From NCBI RefSeq assembly GCF_965197445.1, contig NZ_CBDANE010000005.1:139877-203876 (forward strand): a stretch of DNA of 64,000 bases, written 5' to 3'. Positions within the stretch are counted from its first letter, which is position 1; the number at the start of each line of letters is the position of its first letter. The position numbers and the translations under genes were made by a program. This document shows, piece after piece, positions 18,752 through 26,879 of the stretch. The notes under the pieces are model-generated. The model made no database searches. It had not been told where the DNA came from and saw only the letters and a list, made by a program, of their open reading frames with translations. This DNA comes from Candidatus Palauibacter sp. Its GTDB lineage: Bacteria > Gemmatimonadota > Gemmatimonadetes > Palauibacterales > Palauibacteraceae.

Positions 18752-19359
18752 GAACCGCTACGACGCATATGACCCCTTTGCGCGTATCTACGATGGGCAC
18801 TGGGGGTTCTTCGCGACGAACGTGTGCCCGATCCTCGACCATCGCGAGGAAGAACGCTCCGGACGTGGAATTCGTCGTCCAGGACGCTCGGAGCATCGCC
18901 TTGCCTCGCAGCTTTTGGGCGGTTTTCTCGACCTTTGACAGCCTGAACCACGTGATGAGCCTGGGCGAACTGGAGCAGGTGTTTCAAGGTGTATTCGCCG
19001 TCCTGGAAGACGGCGGCTACTTCGTGTTCGACCTCAACATGGAAGAAGGTTACCGGTCCAGGTGGCGTGGTTCCTTCGCATATGTGGAGGGGGATCACGT
19101 CTGCGCGGGTCGATCTTCACATGATGCGAACGAGAGAATCGGAAGAGTCGATGTCACTCTGTTCGAACCGAAGGGTTCAGGATGGGAACGGACCGATTTC
19201 TCTCTGACTCAGCGCTGGTACGAAGAAAGTGAAATCAGGGAACGACTGCGAAGAGCCGGATTCGAAGAGTTGCAGTCTGTCGATGGGAACGAACCCATCG
19301 TAGAGGGCGGCGCGTCGCACGAAGGCAGGATGTTTTTCGTCGCGAGGAAGCCTTGGTGA
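18752..19359 (+). pseudogene. Class I SAM-dependent methyltransferase with an internal deletion removing motif I, plus a frameshift
   Basis: N-terminal NRYDAYDPFARIYDGHWGFFATNVCPILD is followed, after only ~8 residues and a frame change, by APDVEFVVQDARSIALP...FSTFDSLNHVMSLGELEQVFQGVFAVLEDGGYFVFDLN (post-motif-I regions). The GxGxG segment is absent. A strong RBS GGAAGGAGGTCAAGGAGTG lies upstream. Confidence 0.6.
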
Positions 19360-20048
19360 GGTATCCGGGTGCCGAGGCCGCGGCCGGACCAAGGGAGGCG
19401 AACCGGCGCGCTGGGACACAACCGCGGCGATTGCTTGGCAGAGTCGTGCGGTGGGGTGTGACCGCTGTCCTGCTTGCGGTGTTTCCCTTCATCCTCCTCG
19501 TCCGCGGAGGCGTCTTCGCCTACCAGCAATGGGGGCTCGGGGCATGGCCCTCGCTGGCCGTCTCGGCGGCCGCCACCGTGCTACTCCTGGCGTTCTACGC
19601 GTGGGCGGCAAGCCGGCGCCTGGGGGCAGGCAAGCGGCTCCGGAAGTTCACGATTCGGGTCGCGGCTCTTGCCGCCGCCGCGTTCGTGCTCTACTCGCTG
19701 CTGGTCATCGCGGGCGGCAACGTGAAATCGGAAGAGGTGCGAGCCGAGTACCTGGGTCTTCATCCGCTGTTGCGGATGGCCGTATCGGTCTTCGTCCTGG
19801 CCGACGCCGACGCCGTGATCACCGATGCGGCTCGCACACCCGAATTCTACGCTCGCGCGGGGCTCCCATCCAACGAGTCTTCACTACACCTCCGCCAGGA
19901 CGACGGATTCGTCCATGCGCTGGATCTTCGCACCATCAACCGGCCCGAATGGCGGAACCTCTTGGCCGAACTGGCGTTCCGGGCGATGGGCTTCCACACG
20001 CTCCGCCACGTGGGCACGGCCGACCATCTGCATGTGTCCCTGAGGTAG
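19353..20048 (+). CDS. Integral membrane protein, hypothetical
   Basis: Four predicted TM helices (VTAVLLAVFPFILLV, AATVLLLAFYAWAA, VAALAAAAFVLYSLLVIAGG, LLRMAVSVFVLA). Confidence 0.5.
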   Translation: MVRYPGAEAAAGPREANRRAGTQPRRLLGRVVRWGVTAVLLAVFPFILLVRGGVFAYQQWGLGAWPSLAVSAAATVLLLAFYAWAASRRLGAGKRLRKFTIRVAALAAAAFVLYSLLVIAGGNVKSEEVRAEYLGLHPLLRMAVSVFVLADADAVITDAARTPEFYARAGLPSNESSLHLRQDDGFVHALDLRTINRPEWRNLLAELAFRAMGFHTLRHVGTADHLHVSLR

Positions 20049-20214
20049 GCACGCCAGAATACCCGCTCAGTCGTACGGGTACCCCTCGTAGTGCCGTGCC
20101 AACTCGAGATCCGGCATCGAGGGGGTACTGGTCTGGTCACGCCGGGGCACATGATGGCATTTCAGCAATCGCTGAAAACGCCCTAAAGAGTGAAATAGAT
20201 CAAGTGAGGAGGAC

Positions 20215-20931
20215 ATGACCATCGAAAGCGGACCGGCCGAACTGAGGCTTCGCACGTTGCGTGTCGGGTATCGCCGGGGGCAGTGGGTGCTGGGTGGACT
20301 CTCCCTCGACATCGTGCCCGGCGAGGTGCTCGCGGTGGTGGGACCCAACGGCTCGGGCAAGACGACCCTCTTCCGCACGCTTCTGGGGGTGCTGGCTCCG
20401 ATTGACGGCGAGGCCACAGTGTCCGGCGCCGGCCCGGCGGACTACCGGCGCCGGCACGGTATCGGCTATCTGGCGGAAGACACGGTGCTCCCGCCGCGCT
20501 GGACATGCGACGAGCTGCTGGCGCTGGCGGCCGCCGCGGCCGGTCCCGAGGCCCATATCGAGCGCGCGTGTCGTCTGGCCGGGCTGGACTTCGACACCCG
20601 CGGTCTCGCCGACTCGCTATCCAAAGGGATGCGGCGCCGACTGGCGCTCGCCATGGCTCTGATGCGACCGACCGGGTTGCTCTTCCTGGACGAGCCCGAA
20701 TCGGGACTGGATCCCGGGCAACGCATCCGCCTCCGCAGGCGGATCGAGGAGATTCGCGGCCGGACTACGATCCTGGTCGCCAGCCACGACCTCGGCGAAC
20801 TGGCGATGATGAGCGACCGCGTGCTCCTGATCGACCAGGGGCGCGGGCGCGTCGTGCAGCAACCGGAAGGCGGGTTTACGCGCGAGTTCCTGGAGACGGA
20901 GTTCGTCGGGCTGGAAGGGGCGGTGTCATGA
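20215..20931 (+). CDS. ABC transporter ATP-binding protein
   Basis: Walker A GPNGSGKTT. Signature LSKGMRRRLALA. Walker B LLFLDEPESGLD. H-loop ASHD. Confidence 0.9.
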   Translation: MTIESGPAELRLRTLRVGYRRGQWVLGGLSLDIVPGEVLAVVGPNGSGKTTLFRTLLGVLAPIDGEATVSGAGPADYRRRHGIGYLAEDTVLPPRWTCDELLALAAAAAGPEAHIERACRLAGLDFDTRGLADSLSKGMRRRLALAMALMRPTGLLFLDEPESGLDPGQRIRLRRRIEEIRGRTTILVASHDLGELAMMSDRVLLIDQGRGRVVQQPEGGFTREFLETEFVGLEGAVS

Positions 20932-21770
20932 ACATCATCAAGGTTTCCCTCCGGAACGCGGTGCGCCGCAAGTGGAAGTTTGCGCTGGTGGTGTTCCTGT
21001 TCGGCGCCGGGGTCGTCGTCCTCACGCACGCCTACGACGTGGCGGAAACCTTCGAACGTATACAGGCCGTGAGCCAGCAGATCGAAAGCGAAGGCGCCGA
21101 GCCGTCCGGCGAGCAGGTTGAAGCCATGGCGCGCGGCGCGGCAGCGTTCGCCCTCTTCAGCCTGTTGAACCTCGCCTTCGGCTTCGGCACGATTCTCTTC
21201 GCCTTCCTCATGCCGGGCGGGATCGTCGCGCACGACCGACGCAGCGGTGCGATCATGCTGTGGGCGCAACATCCGATGCCGCTGCGCTCCTTCTATCTGC
21301 AGCGATACGTCGGCATACAGGTCGCGACGTTCGCCGCGTTCGCAATCTTCGGTCTGACGGGCGCTGTCGCTGCCCTGCCGCCCGGGGCGGCGCCGACCAC
21401 GGAACTGGGAGGGGTGGTGAACGTCTGCCTCACCGGTGTGCTCGCGTGCGCGATCAGCTTCGCCATCACCGCACTCGGCATCCGCCGTGCCGCGCTCATC
21501 GGGCTGCTGTACTATCTGCTCTCGGGGGCTGTGGCGGCGCTGCTCGGAAACCCCCTTTTAGAGACTTCGACAGCGGCGGAATCGGCCCGGGCTGTCCTGC
21601 CGTTCGTCATCTTTCCCGCTGGAGTAATAGACGATCTCGTCGCGGGTTTCGGGTCCGGCGCGGCCTGGGACTGGGGAGCGACGGGATTGGCCGTCTATCA
21701 CTTCGTCCTGTGGACCGGTATCGCGTGGCTCGGACTCCGCAGGATCGAGAGGCGGCCGCTGAAGCTGTGA
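20928..21770 (+). CDS. ABC-2 type transporter permease, coupled to the upstream ATPase (ATGA overlap)
   Basis: Six predicted TM segments with no soluble domains. The start overlaps the ATPase stop. Confidence 0.7.
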   Translation: MNIIKVSLRNAVRRKWKFALVVFLFGAGVVVLTHAYDVAETFERIQAVSQQIESEGAEPSGEQVEAMARGAAAFALFSLLNLAFGFGTILFAFLMPGGIVAHDRRSGAIMLWAQHPMPLRSFYLQRYVGIQVATFAAFAIFGLTGAVAALPPGAAPTTELGGVVNVCLTGVLACAISFAITALGIRRAALIGLLYYLLSGAVAALLGNPLLETSTAAESARAVLPFVIFPAGVIDDLVAGFGSGAAWDWGATGLAVYHFVLWTGIAWLGLRRIERRPLKL

Positions 21771-21967
21771 CGCAGGGAGATCAGTGCCGCCAAGTCACGG
21801 TTGATCCAGGCTATGGTTTCGAGGATCTCCCGGTGGCTTCGGTTGAGCTTCCGGTCCCAAACGGCCTCATGGTGAGAGACGCGGTTACGCAGGTCACGGA
21901 GCGGATCCAAGGCGTGGAAAATCTGGCTGCGTGTGCGCTTGGGGCCCGCCGGTGCGCCCCTGCTCAT
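21698..21967 (-). pseudogene. C-terminal fragment of an Abi_2 (AbiD/AbiF-like) abortive-infection family protein
   Basis: LRDLRNRVSHHEAVWDRKLNRSHREILETIAWINRDLAALI matches the conserved C-terminal RNxxAHHE block of Abi_2. Only ~90 aa remain, and they overlap the 3' end of the ABC permease gene on the opposite strand. Confidence 0.5.
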
Positions 21968-22313
21968 ATGGCGTCCTGCACAGGTTCATCCAGAAACTTC
22001 GCCGTCCCGAGCACAACGACCAGCGTCGGAATGACGATTCTCCCGGTGGCGACGATCGCGCGATTCCAGTCGGTGTTTCCCTGCGGCTGGACACACACCG
22101 CGTAAAGCAGGATGCCCGCGAATCCCTTGTCGTAGTGCCAGTACAGCGTGAAGTCGGCCGAGGAGGCTGACACGAACACGCGGTCCAGGACAAGAACGTT
22201 GTGGATCCCCGGTACCTGGTTGGTGGCCAGGGCTGCGGTGAGGATCACCGCGACGCCCCACGCCAGGGTACGGGAGGGCGTACATGAAGTCGATCGCAAT
22301 GTTTGACCCTTGG

Positions 22314-22988
22314 TCAAGCCTCGCTTCGGCGCCGGTAGTGTGCCGCCTGCATCCGGCTGACTGCTCCGACGATGGCCAGGAGAACGAGAGCCAGTGGAAT
22401 TTCCAAAACCCAATCGACCAGCTCTGTGGCCACCTCCACGGTCTCCGTGCCCGCCTCGTCCAGATTGCGATTCGCCACCCAACCCACGATCTCCAAAGCT
22501 CCCCCGAACCGCACAATCCACAGACCCCACCACCAGCGCAGCAGGGTTGATACCGGTACCGCGCGCCAGTCGGAAGGGCTCACGGAGGCACGCCAGATCT
22601 CTCTCATCGCCTGGTACGGTTTCCAGAACCACGCGATCGGTACGAAATACCACCCGACCGCCCAACCCGGCGTGAAGTGCATGTCGGCCGCGCCCAACTG
22701 CCTGGCATTGTGATTAGCGCGATAGATCCAGGTGAGCACGAGGATCGCGGTGGTGAGCCCGATCGCGATTTCTGCGAAGCGCCAGACGATCGCGCCTGGC
22801 GTCAGGCCTTCCTGCGATCCCTCACCTCCGCCCATCTGCAGGCCGCCGGCAACCTCCCATGCCGACACGAGCGCCAGCGCGATGCCTGCGTAGAGAAAGA
22901 CCCGTGTCCACTTCGTGAGCGTGGTCGGGTCGCGGAAGCCGGAGTGCGAGCTTGTCTCTTCGCCGGTCGCCGGCTTGGCGTCTTCCAT
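22314..22988 (-). CDS. Membrane protein, DUF4328-like
   Basis: Four TM helices. The segment WFWKPYQAMREIW resembles the conserved DUF4328 block. Confidence 0.5.
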   Translation of the reverse strand: MEDAKPATGEETSSHSGFRDPTTLTKWTRVFLYAGIALALVSAWEVAGGLQMGGGEGSQEGLTPGAIVWRFAEIAIGLTTAILVLTWIYRANHNARQLGAADMHFTPGWAVGWYFVPIAWFWKPYQAMREIWRASVSPSDWRAVPVSTLLRWWWGLWIVRFGGALEIVGWVANRNLDEAGTETVEVATELVDWVLEIPLALVLLAIVGAVSRMQAAHYRRRSEA

Positions 22989-23047
22989 GTTCTTTCTCCC
23001 GGAAGAAGGTTACGCGCGGTCGAATACCGGCGATCGGGCGATCGAGG

Positions 23048-23836
23048 TCAGCCTGAAGGCGGCGTGTACCTCCCGTCGATGGCGGTCCAGCCGCCGTCCG
23101 CGAACAGGACCGTCCCGGTCACGTAGCTGGCCGCGTCCGAGGCGAGGAACACCGTGGGGCCGGCCATCTCCCTGGCGCTTCCCCAACGGTTGAGGATGTT
23201 CCGCGCGGCGTAGGCACCGTACCAGTCCGGGTCGTCCTTGATCGGGATCGTGAGCGGCGTGTCGATCACGCCCGGCGCGACCGCGTTCACCCGCACCCCG
23301 TGGGGCCCCAGTTCGGCCGCGGCCACGCGCACCATCTGCACGATCCCCGCCTTGGTGGCCGCGTACATGCTCTGGCCCGGCTCGACCACGACTGACCGGA
23401 TCGAACTGAAGAGGATGACGGACCCCGATCCCTGCGCGCTCATGATCCGTCCCGCCGCCTGGAGGACGTGCGCGCCGCCCTTGAGGTTCAGGCCCAGAAC
23501 GCGGTCGATCTCCTCGTCCGTGTAGTCGAGGAGAGGCTTGCGCACGTTGACTCCGGGCGTGCAGACCACGATGTCGAGGGATCCGCGAGCGGTGGTGATG
23601 TCCTCGAACGCGCCGGTGACGGCCGCGCCGTCCAGGATGTCCAGGCGGGCGGAGTCGGCCTCGCCCCCCACCGCGCGGATGGTCGCCGCGGTGCGGGTCG
23701 CGGCGTCCGCATCGATGTCGAGGCAGGACACGTGCGCGCCCGCCTCCGCACACCCGATCGCGACAGCTTCGCCGATGCCGGAGCCGCCTCCGACGACCGC
23801 GGCGGTGCGTCCCTCCAGGCTGAACATCGTGGTCAT
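23048..23836 (-). CDS. SDR family short-chain dehydrogenase/reductase
   Basis: TAAVVGGGSGIGEAV (TGxxxGxG). Catalytic YAATK (YxxxK). Rossmann-type layout. 262 aa. Confidence 0.9.
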   Translation of the reverse strand: MTTMFSLEGRTAAVVGGGSGIGEAVAIGCAEAGAHVSCLDIDADAATRTAATIRAVGGEADSARLDILDGAAVTGAFEDITTARGSLDIVVCTPGVNVRKPLLDYTDEEIDRVLGLNLKGGAHVLQAAGRIMSAQGSGSVILFSSIRSVVVEPGQSMYAATKAGIVQMVRVAAAELGPHGVRVNAVAPGVIDTPLTIPIKDDPDWYGAYAARNILNRWGSAREMAGPTVFLASDAASYVTGTVLFADGGWTAIDGRYTPPSG

Positions 23837-23891
23837 GGGGAGTCTTTGGCAGGGTTTCGTGTGGTGTAGGGGCGGGGCACAATGTAACGGC

Positions 23892-25184
23892 ATGCACCAC
23901 GTAAACCCATCTGCCAGCATCCGCCGGGAGGACCGCGTCCTCGCCGAAGTGGAGGCGGCAAGCGACGAGATCGTGGCCTTCACGGCGGAGATGATCCGGA
24001 TCCCCACGGTGAATCCCCCGGGAGAGTGCTACCGGGACTGCGCCGAGCTGATCGGTCGGCGGTTGGGAATGTCGGGCCTGGCAGTGGAGTACGTGGCGGC
24101 CGAGGGGCGCCCCGAGCACACTGCCGAATACCCCCGCGTGAATGTGGTGGGGCGGGGCCTGGCCGTTCCGGGACGCCCGCGGCTCCACCTGAACGGCCAC
24201 TTCGACGTGGTCCCCCCGGGTGACGGGTGGACGGTCGACCCGTTTGCGGGCGTGGTGCGCGAAGGGCGCATCTACGGGAGGGGGGCGTCGGACATGAAAT
24301 CCGGGATCGCCGCCGCAGTCTTCGCGCTCGAGGCGTTGCGACGGGCCGGAGTCGAACTCGATGGAGCCGTGGACATCAGTGCCACCGTCGACGAGGAGAG
24401 CGGCGGCTTCGCAGGGGTGGCGCACCTGTGCGAGGCCGGGATCATCTCGAGCGATGACACCAGTTACGCCATCATCCCCGAGCCGTTCGGACCCGCTCGC
24501 GTGTGCCTGGGGCACCGGGGCGTCTACTGGTTCGACGTCATCGCGCACGGCCACACGGCCCACGGCAGCATGAGCCACCTCGGCCGCAGCGCCATCGATG
24601 ACATGGGCGCCCTGCTGGAAGCCTTCCGAACCAGACTCGCCCCCGAGCTTGCAACGCGTTTTTCCGCGCTGCCCGTCGTGCCGGAGCCCTCCCGGCGCCC
24701 CTCTCTGAACGTCAACGCGGTCACCGGCGGCCAGTCCGGCGCGGCAGGCCAGTCGCCCTGCGTGGCCGACCGCTGCGTGGCGACGTTCGACCGCCGCTTC
24801 ATCCCCGAGGAGCCCTTCGACGAGGTCCGCGCCGAAATCGCGCGCCTGGTCGCGTCGGTGGAGGGCGACGACCCGGAACGTCGCTTCACGATCCAGGAGC
24901 GCATGGTGGTGCACCCGACGTCCGCGCCGTCCGGCTCGCCGCTCGTGGCCGCCCTGTCCCGTGCGGTGGAGACGGTACGCGGCCGTCCCCCGGAACTCGT
25001 GGCGAGTCCCGGCACCTACGACCAGAAGCACTTCGCCCGGATCGCCGGCATCGAGCACTGCGTGGCCTACGGCCCCGGCCCCCTCGAGGAGGCCCACCAG
25101 CCGGACGAGTCCTGCGCGGTCGACGACCTTGTGGCGAGCACGCAGGTGCTCGCGCTGGCGGCGCTCGAACTGATGTCGGGCTAG
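23892..25184 (+). CDS. M20 family metallopeptidase (ArgE/DapE/Acy1-like deacylase)
   Basis: HLNGHFDVVPPG, GRGASDMKSGIAA, SATVDEESGG and GHTAHGS are the characteristic M20 metal-binding and catalytic motifs. Confidence 0.85.
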   Translation: MHHVNPSASIRREDRVLAEVEAASDEIVAFTAEMIRIPTVNPPGECYRDCAELIGRRLGMSGLAVEYVAAEGRPEHTAEYPRVNVVGRGLAVPGRPRLHLNGHFDVVPPGDGWTVDPFAGVVREGRIYGRGASDMKSGIAAAVFALEALRRAGVELDGAVDISATVDEESGGFAGVAHLCEAGIISSDDTSYAIIPEPFGPARVCLGHRGVYWFDVIAHGHTAHGSMSHLGRSAIDDMGALLEAFRTRLAPELATRFSALPVVPEPSRRPSLNVNAVTGGQSGAAGQSPCVADRCVATFDRRFIPEEPFDEVRAEIARLVASVEGDDPERRFTIQERMVVHPTSAPSGSPLVAALSRAVETVRGRPPELVASPGTYDQKHFARIAGIEHCVAYGPGPLEEAHQPDESCAVDDLVASTQVLALAALELMSG

Positions 25185-26149
25185 CCGGTCACGAACACGG
25201 AGATCACGAACGCGGGAATCAGCACCAGCGAGTAGAGCATGTACGCGCCGACGGACTTGGCCACCGTCAATATCCAGCCGTTCTCGTAGTAGCGCCTGAG
25301 GGCAATCACGAAATAGGGGTACGGGATCAGCAGGCAACCCACCCGGAGCCATTCCGCCGGCCCCGAATCGGGGAGCAGAAGCGCGACCGCATAGATGCAG
25401 AAGGTGAAGGTCTGGATGTGGATGGCGAAGACCAGATGCTCCACGTAGAAGCGCTTCTTCCGAAAATGGAGAGCCGCGAGCACCAGCCCGAGGAACGGAA
25501 GCAGGCAGAACATCGCGATCGGCATGTTCGCGATCAAACGCCGGGGGATGACCGAGGGATCGTGAAACATGTCGATCATCCCCAACAGTCCGAATCTCTC
25601 AATCCAGCTTCGCTCCTCGAAGTCCCCTGCCGAGGCTGCGAAGAGGACGGCCTGCCTCCCGAGATCGTCCTCCGAACGACCGAGAATGTCGTCGACCTTC
25701 CTCCGCTGCTCCGGGGGTAGTGCCGCCCTGAAAGCCGCGAGGCGCTCCTCCGTCGGGAGCGGGGTTGCCGCGTTTCCCCGGTCCTCCTCGGTCATGCCCA
25801 TCACGACCGCTTCGCCGAGGTCCCCCACCAGCGACAGCAGGAGGAAGAACACGAAGCTGGCGAAGATGTAGAGCCTGACCGGTGACACGAAGCTCACCCG
25901 GCGATTGCGCGAGAACTCCCTGCTGAGGCTTCCGGGCCTGAAAAGGAGAAGCTTCAGCGTGCGAAAGAGCCTGGAATCCAGCTCGAACATCTCGCGCAGA
26001 AACTCGACAACCACGGAGCCGAGCGAACGCGCGTAGTACCGGTCGCTCTGCCCGCATTGAGAACAGAAGCTCTCCGGCCGCTCGCGTCCGCAGTTCGGGC
26101 ATTCGCTCGTGGCGGCGGGCAATTTACTGTCGTGGCTGGACTCCGACAT
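25181..26149 (-). CDS. DUF3667-like protein: N-terminal zinc ribbon plus multi-pass membrane domain
   Basis: CPNCG...CSQCG zinc ribbon followed by five to six TM helices. Confidence 0.55.
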   Translation of the reverse strand: MSESSHDSKLPAATSECPNCGRERPESFCSQCGQSDRYYARSLGSVVVEFLREMFELDSRLFRTLKLLLFRPGSLSREFSRNRRVSFVSPVRLYIFASFVFFLLLSLVGDLGEAVVMGMTEEDRGNAATPLPTEERLAAFRAALPPEQRRKVDDILGRSEDDLGRQAVLFAASAGDFEERSWIERFGLLGMIDMFHDPSVIPRRLIANMPIAMFCLLPFLGLVLAALHFRKKRFYVEHLVFAIHIQTFTFCIYAVALLLPDSGPAEWLRVGCLLIPYPYFVIALRRYYENGWILTVAKSVGAYMLYSLVLIPAFVISVFVTG

Positions 26150-26160
26150 CGTTTTCTCTC

Positions 26161-26583
26161 CTACGCGTTCCGTTCGATCCAATCGGTGGGAGTGAAAGCC
26201 CCGGCCCGATCGATCAGCTCCCCATCCCACGACACGACCTCGGCACCCAGCCAATCGGCGAGGGCGGCGTAGAGAGCGTCCCCGGAGCGCAGTAAGTCTC
26301 GGGTGCCGACCTCGAGGGCCTGTCGGAGCATCGCCCGGTTCAATGAGTGCACGGTGACCAGCGGAGAGCCCAGCATTTGATCGGCCAGGCTCCGGCCGCG
26401 CTCGGCGTCGCGCAGCCTCCGGGCGAGCGCGCAGGCAATCTCCAGCTTCGCCAGCTCCGGGAGAGAAATCGGGAGCTCTCGTTCCGCTACCAGGGAGAGA
26501 AAGGCTCGGCTTGACTCGGACAATCCATCGGTTGCGTCTGCCGCCGAGACCCACACGCTGGCGTCAATGACCAGCGCCGTCAC
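26161..26583 (-). CDS. vapC: PIN-domain toxin, VapC family
   Basis: N-terminal VIDASVWVSAA with the conserved Asp. Acidic residues at LDAL/WDGELIDRA. The GTG start overlaps the vapB stop. Confidence 0.75.
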   Translation of the reverse strand: MTALVIDASVWVSAADATDGLSESSRAFLSLVAERELPISLPELAKLEIACALARRLRDAERGRSLADQMLGSPLVTVHSLNRAMLRQALEVGTRDLLRSGDALYAALADWLGAEVVSWDGELIDRAGAFTPTDWIERNA

Positions 26584-26855
26584 TCGGCTCCCAACCGGTT
26601 CCGGTCGGCGGCCAGCTCTTCCCTCGCCGAACGGCCCCCGGGCGCACGCTTGAGCGCTTCGTCGGCCGCATCCAGCCAGGAGCGCAGCCATGCTTTGGGG
26701 GCCTCACGGGTATCCGCACCTTCGTCCTCGCTCAGCCAGCGCCGATAGAGTTGCGTCGTGACTTCGCGAATCGTAAGGCCCCGCAGGGCTGCCTCCGACT
26801 TGATCTGCCGGTACAGGTCATCCGGGATATCGATGGTCGCCTTCATGGCGCCCAT
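26580..26855 (-). CDS. vapB: Type II antitoxin, VapB-like
   Basis: MKATIDIPDDLYRQIKSEAALRGLTIREV is a typical VapB/CopG-like antitoxin N-terminus. Gene is 91 aa and coupled to the PIN gene. Confidence 0.7.
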   Translation of the reverse strand: MGAMKATIDIPDDLYRQIKSEAALRGLTIREVTTQLYRRWLSEDEGADTREAPKAWLRSWLDAADEALKRAPGGRSAREELAADRNRLGAE

Positions 26856-26879
26856 GATAGCTGTATTACCGTATACCCG

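Noticed and set aside
23010-25352. 780-aa ORF on the minus strand spanning the SDR and M20 genes
   Set aside because: It has an Arg/Gly/Pro-rich low-complexity translation typical of wrong-frame reading of high-GC DNA. It lies antisense to, or out of frame with, two well-supported genes (M20 peptidase on +, SDR on - in another frame).
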